A DNA stretch of 63,271 nucleotides, filler included, from Octopus bimaculoides (lineage: Eukaryota): assembly GCF_001194135.2 (NCBI RefSeq). It is 9 parts of 8 records of this genome, joined end to end, with 100 filler letters (N's around TTAATTAATTAA, not from the genome) between each part and the next. Parts side by side here need not be neighbours in the genome. Positions count along the whole stretch, not along the records: positions 1 to 19,811 come from NC_069005.1; positions 19,912 to 33,933 come from NC_069002.1; 7 more parts are not named here. One strand, given 5' to 3'. The translations under genes and the position numbers were made by a program. The notes beneath the pieces were generated by a model that did no database searches, was not told the origin of the DNA, and saw only the letters and a program-made list of their open reading frames with translations. Positions 14,385-25,317 of this stretch are shown one piece after another (the stretch's first letter is position 1; each line of letters opens with the position of its first letter).

Positions 14385-14530
14385 TTCTTTTGTTATCTTA
14401 ATTGTTTCGGTCATTTGACTGCGGCCATGCTGGAGCACCGCCTTGAAGGGTTTCAAGCCTAGTATTTCTTCTGCCAGTCTCTTTTGCCGAATCGCTGCGT
14501 TGCCGGGACGTGAACCAACAATACCGGTTG
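14385..14530 (-). mobile_element. SINE family A, 3' fragment
   Basis: TTGTTTCGGTCATTTGACTGCGGCCATGCTGGAGCACCGCC. Confidence 0.8.
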
Positions 14531-14865
14531 CAAAGCTATTTCTGCCACTCTCTTCAGTACTGGACATCTCGTCTGTTAGAGATGGCAGCGGCTCGCTTCT
14601 CCTCGCAATATATATATATACTTCAGAGGAACACACAGTCGCTAATTTAGCAACAAACAGAATTATTAGTTCCAAAATTTCTCGAAGAGATCAACGCAGT
14701 AATGTTTGTAGCCACTACAGCATAGCTGTCCGTTCGAAGGGGCTTTAACTGTGATTTTTCAACACCAAGGGGACATCCCCTCTGGTTGGTTAACGATACG
14801 CAGTTGCGTCCGAGATAATGTGAGCATGGTAGCTAACCCCTACCACCTTCTAGCGACACCAATTG

Positions 14866-15216
14866 TTGTTGTCACTCCGTCGCTTATGACGACGAGGGTT
14901 CCAGTTGATCAGCTCAACGGAACAGCCTGCTCGTGAAATTAACGTGCAAGTGGCTGAGCACTCCACAGACACGTGTACCCTTAACGTAGTTCTCGGGGAT
15001 ATTCAGCGTGACACAAAGTGTGACAAGGCTGGCCCCTTTGAATTACAGGCACAACAGAAACAGGAAGTAAGAGTGAGAGAAAGTTGTGGTGAAAGAGTAC
15101 AGCAGGGTTCGCCACCATCCCCTGGTGGAGCACTCACAACGCCCGGTCTGGGAATCGAAACCACGATCCTATGACCGCGAGTCCGCTGCCATAACCACTG
15201 GGCCATTGCGCCTCCA
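14866..15216 (-). mobile_element. SINE family C, near full length
   Basis: Minus strand starts TGGAGGCGCAATGGCCCAGTGG (A box), B box GTTTCGATTCC, (CAA)n tail; near-identical to 19912 and 57741 copies. Confidence 0.9.
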
Positions 15217-15676
15217 CAAACGGCACCAATACCATAACGACTAAGACAAATCCCTTGACGAAGGATGCTCCAGCATGACCGCTAATCGATGAAAGCATTC
15301 TAGAACTGAAGTAACTTCCTCTTGAGCTGAAAGTGGTTACTTTGACAATATAAGTTTATCAAAATCAATGCAACTACCACTGCTACTGCGGCTACTACTG
15401 CCGCTCCTGCTACTACTGCCACTGCTGCTGCTGCTGCTGCTGCTCTCGTTGTTGGCGGTGTTGCCGTTTATAACGGAGACGAGTCATTAAAACTAAAACT
15501 GCGTGTTATCTTTCACGCCTCTCTGCTTTTTTTCTGCGTTATTTTTATAGCTTAAGACTTATCACAGATTTTAAGACTTATCACAAATTTATCTCAGATT
15601 AAACTAGCAACTTTAAGATGTACTTGTAGATAATAAGCAACAAACTAATCAAATATGGTTTGTTTGTTTATTTATT

Positions 15677-15745
<69 letters not shown>

Positions 15746-15808
15746 ATTAGTATTATTTATCGACAGCAAACGGATTTGTTAGTTGGCAGAAATTATAGAT
15801 AAGTTAAG

Positions 15809-15990
15809 AAGGCGAGCTGGTAGAAACGTTAGCGCGCCGGACAAAATGCTTAGCGGTATTTCGTCTGTCTTTACGATCTGAGTTCAAATTCCGCCAAGGT
15901 CGACTTTGCCTTTCATCCTTTCGGGGGTCGATAAATTAAGTACCAGTTACGCACTGGGGTCGATGTAATCGACTTAATCCCTTTGTCTGT
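15809..15990 (+). mobile_element. SINE family B
   Basis: GGCGAGCTGG...GAGTTCAAATTCCGCC, then GTCGACTTTGCCTTTCATCCTTTCGGGGGTCGATAA (resembles the Meta/MESC-type conserved SINE domain, from memory). Confidence 0.85.
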
Positions 15991-16323
15991 CCAGTATGAA
16001 CTTCACATAACAATAGTTCGTGTTCGTTTTCTGAGCTTAAGTATTCGAACGATCTTGTATTCTTTTGCGCGTATTTTTTTATATCAAATTCCCTCCGATA
16101 AAATATCTCGACATGCGCTCAAATCTATTCGGGAAATAGATTTAATTAAACTAATGAATAATCAGAGATATGTTTATCAGATTACATTGGCAAACCAAAC
16201 AGCCGACGACGGTTTTATGGCTGAAGTAACTCTTCATCGTTCGATAAATATATTAACGAGTGTGTAAGCGCACATGTGTGGGCACATGCATATAAACAAA
16301 TATGTCTCTATGTATATAAATGT

Positions 16324-16364
<41 letters not shown>

Positions 16365-16850
16365 NNNNNNNNNNNNNNNNNNNNNNNNNNNNNNNNNNNN
16401 NNNNNNNNNNNNNNNNNNNNNNNNNNNNNNNNNNNNNNNNNNNNNNNNNNNNNNNNNNNNNNNNNNNNNNNNNNNNNNNNNNNNNNNNNNNNNNNNNNNN
16501 NNNNNNNNNNNNNNNNNNNNNNNNNNNNNNNNNNNNNNNNNNNNNNNNNNNNNNNNNNNNNNNNNNNNNNNNNNNNNNNNNNNNNNNNNNNNNNNNNNNN
16601 NNNNNNNNNNNNNNNNNNNNNNNNNNNNNNNNNNNNNNNNNNNNNNNNNNNNNNNNNNNNNNNNNNNNNNNNNNNNNNNNNNNNNNNNNNNNNNNNNNNN
16701 NNNNNNNNNNNNNNNNNNNNNNNNNNNNNNNNNNNNNNNNNNTATATATTGTTGTTGTACTTGGGGATGGTCATATTGCCAGTTTAGCCAATAAAAACAC
16801 ACGCACTGTATATTTGGTGTTAATTTGCTTCAGCTTTATATTACATTAAT

Positions 16851-16910
16851 CTTAATCTTATTTCGGCCAGAGTTCTTTCGTCACACTTCTGTGACCTCAT
16901 CAGTGGTCCT
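16851..16910 (-). ncRNA. Hammerhead-ribozyme-like core (Penelope-type repeat)
   Basis: Minus strand CUGAUGA-G-GUCACA(gaag)UGUGAC-GAAAGAACUCUGGCC-GAAAU; stem II clear, stem I not found. Confidence 0.5.
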
Positions 16911-16956
16911 TTGTTTCCTTCCTTCTTATGTGTGTCTCACCTTGCTGTTGATAGAC

Positions 16957-16999
<43 letters not shown>

Positions 17000-17046
17000 T
17001 GAAGACAAAGAGACAGGCAGGCAGCCAGATAGCCATATAGACAGAC

Positions 17047-17079
<33 letters not shown>

Positions 17080-17377
17080 TATAAATAGACAGACAGAAAG
17101 ACACACACAGAGATAGCTAGACAGACGTACGTACATACATACGTACATACATACGTACATACATACATACGTAGAGAGACAGATACACAGAAAGATAGAT
17201 GGGTTGATATGTACATGGACTGGTACATTGTTTTTTCTTTTATCAACGTGGGAAATTGAGATCAATTGGATTCGAACTTAAAACATTGAAGGTTAGAACA
17301 AATTCAGCGCGCTGGTCTACCCGACACCCTAACGACTCTGCTAATATTTACATACAGCTATGTACGTAACTTTATCT

Positions 17378-17410
<33 letters not shown>

Positions 17411-17659
17411 NNNNNNNNNNNNNNNNNNNNNNNNNNNNNNNNNNNNNNNNNNNNNNNNNNNNNNNNNNNNNNNNNNNNNNNNNNNNNNNNNNNNNTATAT
17501 ATATATATGTACATATCTATGTGTGTGTGTGTGTGTGTGTACATATACATATTCACATGCTGAATACCATATTTTTCTTAATGCGATCCATCACCACTCG
17601 CGCCGCCGCGTGACAATTTGAGCAAAAGCATATTTCTGATACATAGGACTTTCTATTTC

Positions 17660-17699
<40 letters not shown>

Positions 17700-18084
17700 A
17701 ATGTATAGGTATGTATGTATGTATTTATGTATAATATATCTTGTTCTTTTAGGGCGTCCGGGGTGGGGAGGCGCACCTGGGGTGTCCGTGTTTGTGTTTA
17801 GAGATGATAGCTTCTTCTGAAGACAAACGTGATATAAGGGGCGCCCCCCTACAATCTTCTTATCACGTTCCCCCCACCCGACGTCCTTCCATGCATCTCT
17901 CTCTCTCTCTCTCTAAATGTATCCATCTATCTACCCCGTTTCGACTGAAATCGGGGTACAGTTGGTGATAAAAACCTGAGATTAGTTCGGATGGCGGGGT
18001 GTGCTACAAGGACACTTTCTTCCTGTGGTGTTATTTATAGAATTCAGAATAAACACCGTATTTCTGATAATGCATACGACTGTT

Positions 18085-18730
18085 GTTGTTGTTGTTGCTG
18101 ACTGGTGATAGTGGTGGTGGTGATATGGTGGTGGTGGTGGTATTGGTGGTGGTGGTGGTGGTGGTATTGGTGGTGGTGGTGGTCGTCGTCGTATGGTGGT
18201 GTGGTGGTATGGTGGTGGTGCTAGTGGTATGGTGGTGGTGGTGGTATGATGGTGGTNNNNNNNNNNNNNNNNNNNNNNNNNNNNNNNNNNNNNNNNNNNN
18301 NNNNNNNNNNNNNNNNNNNNNNNNNNNNNNNNNNNNNNNNNNNNNNNNNNNNNNNNNNNNNNNNNNNNNNNNNNNNNNNNNNNNNNNNNNNNNNNNNNNN
18401 NNNNNNNNNNNNNNNNNNNNNNNNNNNNNNNNNNNNNNNNNNNNNNNNNNNNNNNNNNNNNNNNNNNNNNNNNNNNNNNNNNNNNNNGTATGGTGGTGTT
18501 GGTGGTATGATGGTGGTTGTATGATGGTGGTTGTATGATGGTGGTAGTGGTATGGTGGTGGTGGTGGTATAGTTGCGGTGGTAGTGGTATGGTGGTGGTG
18601 GTGATGGTATGATGGTGGTAGGGATGGTGGTGGTGATGAAAGTGATGGTGAGGATGGTGATGATGATTGTTGTAGTGATGGCGGTGGTGGTAGTGGTAGT
18701 ATTAGTGGTGGTGGGGGTGATGCGATGGTG
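18085..18730. repeat. Degenerate (GGT/GAT/GTA) array, gapped
   Basis: Directly visible. Confidence 0.9.
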
Positions 18731-18748
18731 ATGGTAATGAGGATATAA

Positions 18749-18848
18749 GACAGCGAGCTGGCAGAATGGTTAGCATGCCGGGCAAAATGCTTAGCGGCAT
18801 TTCGTTCGTCTTTACGTTCTGAGTCCAAAAACCAGGGTCGAACTTAGC
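18749..18848 (+). mobile_element. SINE family B, 5' fragment
   Basis: CAGCGAGCTGGCAGAATGGTTAGCATGCCGGGCAAAATGCTTAGCGG. Confidence 0.8.
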
Positions 18849-19911
18849 CCCTTCCACGAACTTGCTACAATTTGAAACCGATGGTGATGTGGGTGACGGT
18901 TGGGATCTAGTCTTTCTCATTCGCAAAAAAGAGCTCCCCGCCCCCTAAATTTTGCTCAGATTGCTTTCAAATTTGGTGTATCGATGCAACTCTGAATTTT
19001 GATTACGATCAACCAATTACTTTATCTCGTAAATTAAAGAACAGGTCATGTCACAGACGCTAAACTATAAATTTCACAGGGTACAACCTGAAAAATGACA
19101 CCGCTCCGCTAAAAGCAGAAAATTTCTGTCTCGCTATTGGCTAGAAATACAGTTTTTCCAATTTTTAAACCTCTGTAACTTTTTCCCAGCATTTTTTTTT
19201 TCTCCACAACATCGTACCTTCATAGCAATGAGACTGGAAGACTACATAATTATAGCCGATTTTCAGATTTTTACTTCCTTTTAAACGATGCATATTTTGC
19301 GAATGAAAAAAACTAGATCCGATGGTTGTGGTGATGTTGGTAATGGTGGTGGTGGTGGTGGTAACAGAGGCGGTGCGGTGGCATTGGTGAGAGGATGTTG
19401 ATGGGGAGGGTGGTGTATTGGAGCGATAGTGGTGATGGTAATGGTGGATGTAGTAGCCTGTATGGAGCCCTTGGTGATGATGTTGGTTAGTAGAAGAGGT
19501 GGCATTGACGGTGATGATGTTGGTTAGTAGAAGAGGTGGCATTTACGGTGAGGATGGGCTGGTGATATTGGAAGGATGGAAACTGTGTTGAGTGGAGATT
19601 GTTCGTATTGTCGTTATCGCTGTGGTGGTAGGGTTTGCAATGGATATAGTAGTAGTAGTAGTAGTAGTAGTGTGTGTGTGTGGGGGGGGGGTAATGTTAT
19701 CGTTACCAGTGGCAGTGGAGGTGATATAGAGGAGGGAGGTGGCTTGAGCAATGTGATAGTGGTGCTGCTGGAATAATTATCGCCGATGTTGTTATTATTG
19801 CTGTCGGTGACNNNNNNNNNNNNNNNNNNNNNNNNNNNNNNNNNNNNNNNNNNNNTTAATTAATTAANNNNNNNNNNNNNNNNNNNNNNNNNNNNNNNNN
19901 NNNNNNNNNNN

Positions 19912-20223
19912 AATTAACTTGCAAGTGGCTGAGCACTCCACAGACACGTGTATCCTTAACGTAGTTCTCGGGGATATTCAGCGTGACACAGTGTGACATG
20001 GCTGACCCTTTGAATTACAGGTACAACAGAAACAGGAAGTAAGAGTGAGAGAAAGTTGTGGTGAAAGAGTAGAGCAGGTTTCGCCACAATCCCCTGCCGG
20101 AGCCTCGTGGAGCTTTTAGGTGTTTTCGCTCAATAAACACACACAACGCTCGGTCTGGGAATCGAAACCGCGATCCTATGACCGCGAGTCCGCTGCCCTA
20201 ACCACTAGGCCATTGCGCCTCCA
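19912..20223 (-). mobile_element. SINE family C (3' end lost in gap)
   Basis: Matches 14940-15216. Confidence 0.9.
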
Positions 20224-20224
20224 C

Positions 20225-20495
20225 TATGACTAGTGTAGGAGGTTGTAATTGAATTTAGGTGGCTTATTACTAGTGTAAAGAGCTATGATTAACCTATGTA
20301 AAATATTTATTTCTGCTGTAGTGAGTTTATGATTGAAATAAGTAAAAGTTTTTGTGACTGGGGAGATGTGATTGAACTAAGGTACTTTATGATTTTTATA
20401 GCGTGCTATGATTTTATCAATGTAGCTTATGACTTCTGTATGGAGCTGTGATTGAATAAAGGAAAAATTATAAGCTATCTGACTGAACTGAGCAA
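20225..20495. repeat. Degenerate minisatellite (CTATGATTGAA / TTATGACT motifs), resumes at 22017-22170
   Basis: Recurrent motifs at roughly 40-bp spacing in both blocks. Confidence 0.5.
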
Positions 20496-20784
20496 ATATA
20501 TTTATCCACTTAGACGTGGATGTTCATCCACGTTTGTTCTAACAGAACAAACTCTATTGTACGGTAGAGGGTGGCGGGGGTACCAAGTACATACAGAAAT
20601 ACCCACATGGCTAGATTGGCCTTCATACTGGCACGAAGAGATAAGCAACCCTCGCTTATATCGCTAGCGAGGAGGTTTCTTTCGAGGTGGCGAGGTTTTA
20701 TCTCCACGCTAGCTATATAAACAGGAGTGCATTTTGCATCAAAATGCCAATATGATATCTACTGCAGAGTTTGTTCTAACAGAA

Positions 20785-21003
20785 TATCGTTATTTACAGT
20801 GGACGGATGTACTCTCCAGCCTTCACGAGGTGTTCGAGTGGAGTTTATTCGACTAATGGAGTACACTGTTCTCGTTCCTAAGGTGTTCTTGTTTTGCTGA
20901 TGTTCTTTTTTGTCGATATTATTTCCCCAAGCCCTTGCCTGGGTTTGAACTTAGAATCCGAGGGTTAGTAGCCTGCGCACTTATCCACTACGCTATATGC
21001 CAT
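20785..21003 (-). mobile_element. SINE family D, internally deleted copy
   Basis: Reverse complement aligns colinearly with 21668-21910. Confidence 0.8.
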
Positions 21004-21024
21004 TAGGCTATTATATAGTGAATC

Positions 21025-21257
21025 AGGGCGGCGAGCTGGCAGAAACGTTAGCACGCTGGGCGAAATGCTTAGCGGTATTTCGTCTGTCTTTACATTCCGA
21101 GTTCAAATTCCGCCGAAGTCGACTTTGCCTTTCATCCTTTCGGGGGTCGATTAAATAAGTACCAGTTACGCACTGGGGTCGATGTAATCGACTAAAACCC
21201 TTTGTCCTTATTTGTCCCCTCAATGTTTAGCCCCCATGTGGGCAATAAAACAAATAA
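21025..21257 (+). mobile_element. SINE family B, full length with 15-bp TSD
   Basis: ATTATATAGTGAATC at 21010-21024 and 21258-21272. Confidence 0.92.
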
Positions 21258-21420
21258 ATTATATAGTGAATCTTTGGGTTTATAAACCTAATTTATTTTT
21301 TCTTCATACCTGTTCCCATATTCTGCTCATATCTGCACCAGGTCTGCTTAGGAGGTTATTGTGTCCTAGCATATGTGCTGCCTCTTAATTTTCGTATTGT
21401 CCAGAAAATAGAATATTAGG

Positions 21421-21632
21421 GATTACGGAGATGTACTTGCATAGCAAGTGACCTGATCTGAGATCGTGTGCTGGAACGAAAACAATTGCAGCGTCGATGG
21501 TGTTTAAAAGCCATTAAAAAACACAAAAAAACCGTTAGATTCACTTCAACATTTAAATTTAATTTTGCCAAAATATTTTCGTTGCTTCGAGACCGCGACC
21601 TGTTCACTGACAAAATTCCGTGCTGCATCTCT
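21421..21632. repeat. Unclassified ~210-bp insertion interrupting the right arm of the inverted duplication
   Basis: Flanked by TTAGG on both sides; arm homology appears to resume beyond it. Confidence 0.4.
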
Positions 21633-21667
21633 TTAGGTTTATAACTCCAAAAATTCACTCTATAATT

Positions 21668-21942
21668 GTCTATGTAGTGGATAAGAGCGTGCGCTACTAA
21701 CCCTAGGATTCTGAGTTCAATCCCCAGGCAGGGACTTGAGAAATAATATCAACAAAAAATAACATCAGCAAAAAAAAAAAAAAACCCCCTTAGGTATGAG
21801 AACAGCTTCGAAATTCTACCAGAACACTTGATGAAGGCTGGAGAGTACATCAGCCGAAACTTGGTAATAATGAACAAAGTGAGGACACCTCTCCGTCCAT
21901 TGTAAATGATGTACAGAATTCCTGATCCCCAAAATATAGAAT
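21668..21942 (+). mobile_element. SINE family D: tRNA-like head, A-rich linker, hammerhead-like core, tail
   Basis: Head GTAGTGGATAAG...GAGTTCAATCCC; core (U)UGAUGA-A-GGCUG(gagaguacau)CAGCC-GAAAC at 21828-21860. Confidence 0.75.
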
Positions 21943-22382
21943 AGTGTCCACGTTTAAGTAGAGATAAATATTACCACTCAGTATTTAATACTTTCTCTGT
22001 TGCTAATATATATTTTTGAACTGAGCAATTTATGACTAGAAAACTGTGGCTGAATAGAGGTAACTTATGACTCGTGTGGGCAGCTATGATTGAATTAGGA
22101 CGGCATTATAAAACGTGTGTAAAGAGATCTGATTGAACTAGGTAAGGTATTGTATGACCAACTTAGAGGGATTCCTGGCCATCTGAATACGTGGTATGAA
22201 TTTAGTTCTTGATTTGCGCTGCTAATATTTTGGGGGAAATGCATGAGCGCCACAACCTCGTGCCTAAAGGTCCCTTGGTGGATCGTTCCTTAACACAAAC
22301 AAACAAAAGGCTTCAGTCAGTTGATTTTAGTTATCGAACCGATGCGAGACAAACCAGCCTTCGATCTGTCGCGTATAGATAT

Positions 22383-22460
22383 TGTTGTTTAACCTCAGGC
22401 TGGTCTTGACTGAGCAGATCTGTCATTAAAACTTCTCCCACCATGACCATTCCGTCTAAT
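22383..22460 (+). repeat. Short ~90-bp interspersed repeat (related copies on the minus strand at 32652-32735 and 33193-33283)
   Basis: TGTTGTTTAACCTCAGGCTGGTCTTGACTGAGCAGATCTG...CATGACCATTCCGTC and diverged inverse copies. Confidence 0.5.
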
Positions 22461-22984
22461 TCTTGGACAGTGTATACCTAGGACTACATTATTTATTGTG
22501 TAATTTAATTTATTTTATTTTATTTAAAGACAGTAGTGATTCGAGAGAGATTTGGCTGCGACTATTTAGAGCCACGTCTGTCTTTATTATTGTTTAGTCC
22601 TAAGTCAACTGAGATCCAGATAAGGCCATCTCGTCAGACATAATGTATTTAGGAAGACGTTGTCAAACAGGTCTTCGCTTTTTAAGACGGTAGGGTGTGA
22701 TTTGACAGAGATTTTTGGGTGCTATTTTTAGCATATCGAGAGACCACCCAAAGCTCCCCCCCCCCGTTATCAATCCATTTAATGTCTCACATTCAGTGGG
22801 GTGGGGTGGAGTAGCAGCGAAGCTTTTAGGGTATGCGTGAGGAGGGGAGGGGNNNNNNNNNNTCACATTCAGTGGGGTGGAGTAGCAGCGAAGCTTTTAG
22901 GGTATGCGTGAGGAGGGGAGGGGGTCACACATAATTGGAATATTTATTTGCACCAGTAACATTTGCACACCCACCCTCTCTCTA

Positions 22985-23400
22985 TGGTGGTGGTGGTGAT
23001 GTTGCTCGTGAAGCTCCACCTAGTGGTGGTGGTGGAATGGTGTTGATGTTGTAGGTGGTGTTGTTTCTAGAAGTGGTGGTGGCAATGTGCTAATGGTGGT
23101 GCTGGTCTTGATGGTGGTTGTGATGTGGTGGCGACAGCGGTGGTAGTAGTGGTGGTGGGGGCGACAGCGGTGGTAGCGGTGGTGGTAGTGGTGGTGGTGG
23201 TGGTATGATGATAATGGTGATGTTGAAGCTATACCTGGTGGTGGTGGTGGTGGTGATTGTGTGGTGGTATTGGTATTGGTGTTGTTGTTGTTGGTGGTGT
23301 TTCTAGAATTGATGATGGTAGTGGCGGCGGTGGTGTGCTAATGGTGTTGTTGTTGTTGGTGGTGGTGGTAGTGGTAGCAGCGACGTGCTGATGGTGTTGG
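22985..23400. repeat. Degenerate (GGT/GTT) array
   Basis: Directly visible. Confidence 0.9.
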
Positions 23401-23504
23401 ATGCTGANNNNNNNNNNTTGATCTGTGCTAAAATACAAGTTTTATGTTTATGTAAAAAAAAAAAAAAGGAAAAGCTAGCGATCTTTAACACTTTTAAATC
23501 ATAG

Positions 23505-23650
23505 TTGCATGCGTGGTTGTGTGGTAAGAAACTTGCTTCCCAACCACATGGTTCCGGGTTCTGACCCACTGCGTGGCACCTTGGGCAAATGTCTTCTACT
23601 ATAAGCCTTGTGAGTGGATTTGGGAGAAACTGAAAGAAGTCCGTCGTATA
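23505..23650 (+). mobile_element. SINE family A, 5' half
   Basis: GTGGTTGTGTGGTAAG...GGTTCCGGGTTCTGACCC...ACCTTGGGCAAATGTC. Confidence 0.85.
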
Positions 23651-24277
23651 TAATAACAATAATAATAACAACAATAATAATAATAATAATAATAATAACA
23701 ATAATTCTAGGATGGAATTTATAAATATTTACTACATCGCTACGCGCGTTTCCACAAATCACATGATTTTAACATCAGAGTCCGTATCCTCGGGATGAGT
23801 ACAGTACAGTCCGTATTATCCGTGGGCATCCGGTTGATCATCATTGATTCATTTCATCAAGCGATACTGCATTAGTAGATGAATCACGGAGAGATGTTTG
23901 TCCCTTCTTGCCAGTATGAAGACCAATCTAGCTGTGAGGGTATTTCTGTATGTACTCGGTAGGGGGAGGTAGCTGATAGGAGTAGAGGAAGGAAGGGTGG
24001 GGATGAAGGTATGTGTGGTAGTGTTGGATTTATTTGCTATATTCATTCTGCTGATTTTAAGGATGATAGTACGTTTCTTTGTTTACCCAGAGGGCATTAT
24101 CAATAGAGGTAATAATTACACAAATAGCCGCAGTATACAAGAACCTATAAAATTAGTGAATATAGTAGGGACCAAAAGAGAAAGAAAAACCATGACAACA
24201 ATAGAAAGATATAAAACAGAACCCCATGAAACTACAGCCAAAATTAGAGAGAGTCGCACCGTTAAATACCGATATAG

Positions 24278-24405
24278 ATAATCCTTTCTACTGAAGGCAC
24301 AAGGCCTCAAATTTGTGGAGAGGGGACGAGTCGATTACATCGGCCCTAGTATTTCACTGGTACTTAATTTATTGACCCCGAAAGGATGAAAGGCAAAGTT
24401 GACCT
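24278..24405 (-). mobile_element. SINE family B, 3' half (tail variant 2)
   Basis: ATAATCCTTTCTACTGAAGGCACAAGGCC...AAAGGATGAAAGGCAAAGTTGACC. Confidence 0.8.
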
Positions 24406-24599
24406 GACAACAAAGCAATGAAATACACGAACAAACTTAATAGATTATATTAAAAGAAATGGGAAAATAACCAATGAAATTATCTGGTTTAATCCGATCT
24501 TTAATTCACAAATAAATATATATATCTTTACACACACACACACANNNNNNNNNNGCGCTTAAAACAATCTTGTCGAGAAAGTATGTCGAGTCCATTCCT

Positions 24600-24767
24600 C
24601 GTTTGGAACAAGTGTCTTTGTGTTTGTGCTCCCACCATCGCTTGACAACCGATGTTGATGTGTTTACGCCCCTGCAACGTAGCGGTTCGGTTTAAGAGAC
24701 CTATGGAATAAGTACTAGGCTTACAAAGAATAAGTCCTGGGGTCGATTTCTTCAACTAAAACCCTTT
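24600..24767 (+). mobile_element. SINE family A, 3' half, truncated
   Basis: CATCGCTTGACAACCGATG...GGTCGATTTC. Confidence 0.8.
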
Positions 24768-25032
24768 AAGAAACTGTTAAAATATTTTGTGTATTGTAGA
24801 AATATAACCTATTTTATTCTTTTACTCTTTTACTTGTTTCAGTCATTTGACTGCGGCCATGCTGGAGCACCGCCTTTAGTCGAGCAAATCGACCCCAGGA
24901 CTTATTCTTTGTAAGCCTAGTACTTATTCTATCGGTCTCTTTTTGCCGAACCGCTAAGTTACGGGGACGTAAACACACCAGCATCGGTTGTCAAGCGATG
25001 GTGGGGGGACAAACACACACACAAACACACAT
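24768..25032 (-). repeat. 265-bp exact duplicate of 26290-26554 (unique flank plus family A 3' half)
   Basis: No mismatches found by eye. Confidence 0.85.
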
Positions 25033-25317
25033 ATATTGTGTAATTAAAATCATGTACAATTAATTAAACACAGCAGTCAAAGGGAAGGTCGTTAGTCATA
25101 ATAATAAAAATAATTAAATAATTATGACGATGGAAAAACTTCATTAATTTATGCTGAATAATTTCTGCATCAACGGTGCCCCCCACCAGTGTCTGCCGGA
25201 ACAAATGGCATATTTTCTCATTTTATTGGTTTGTATAAGGTGTGTGTGTGTGTGTGGGGGGGGGGCTATTGTATCAGTACAGTGTTGCTACGTCATACAA
25301 TTGCCTAACCTTGTGCC

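Noticed and set aside
15150-15216. tRNA genes
   Set aside because: All tRNA-like sequences lack a closing acceptor stem and run into SINE bodies; they are SINE heads.
19856-19867. TTAATTAATTAA centred in 100-bp N gaps (eight occurrences, including near 33978, 36438, 39673, 51193, 53234, 55339, 60142)
   Set aside because: Identical linker inside gaps with stops in all frames: a scaffolding artefact, not biology.
22785-22925. ~65-bp tandem duplication
   Set aside because: Copies sit on either side of a 10-N gap, typical of unmerged overlapping contig ends or alleles.
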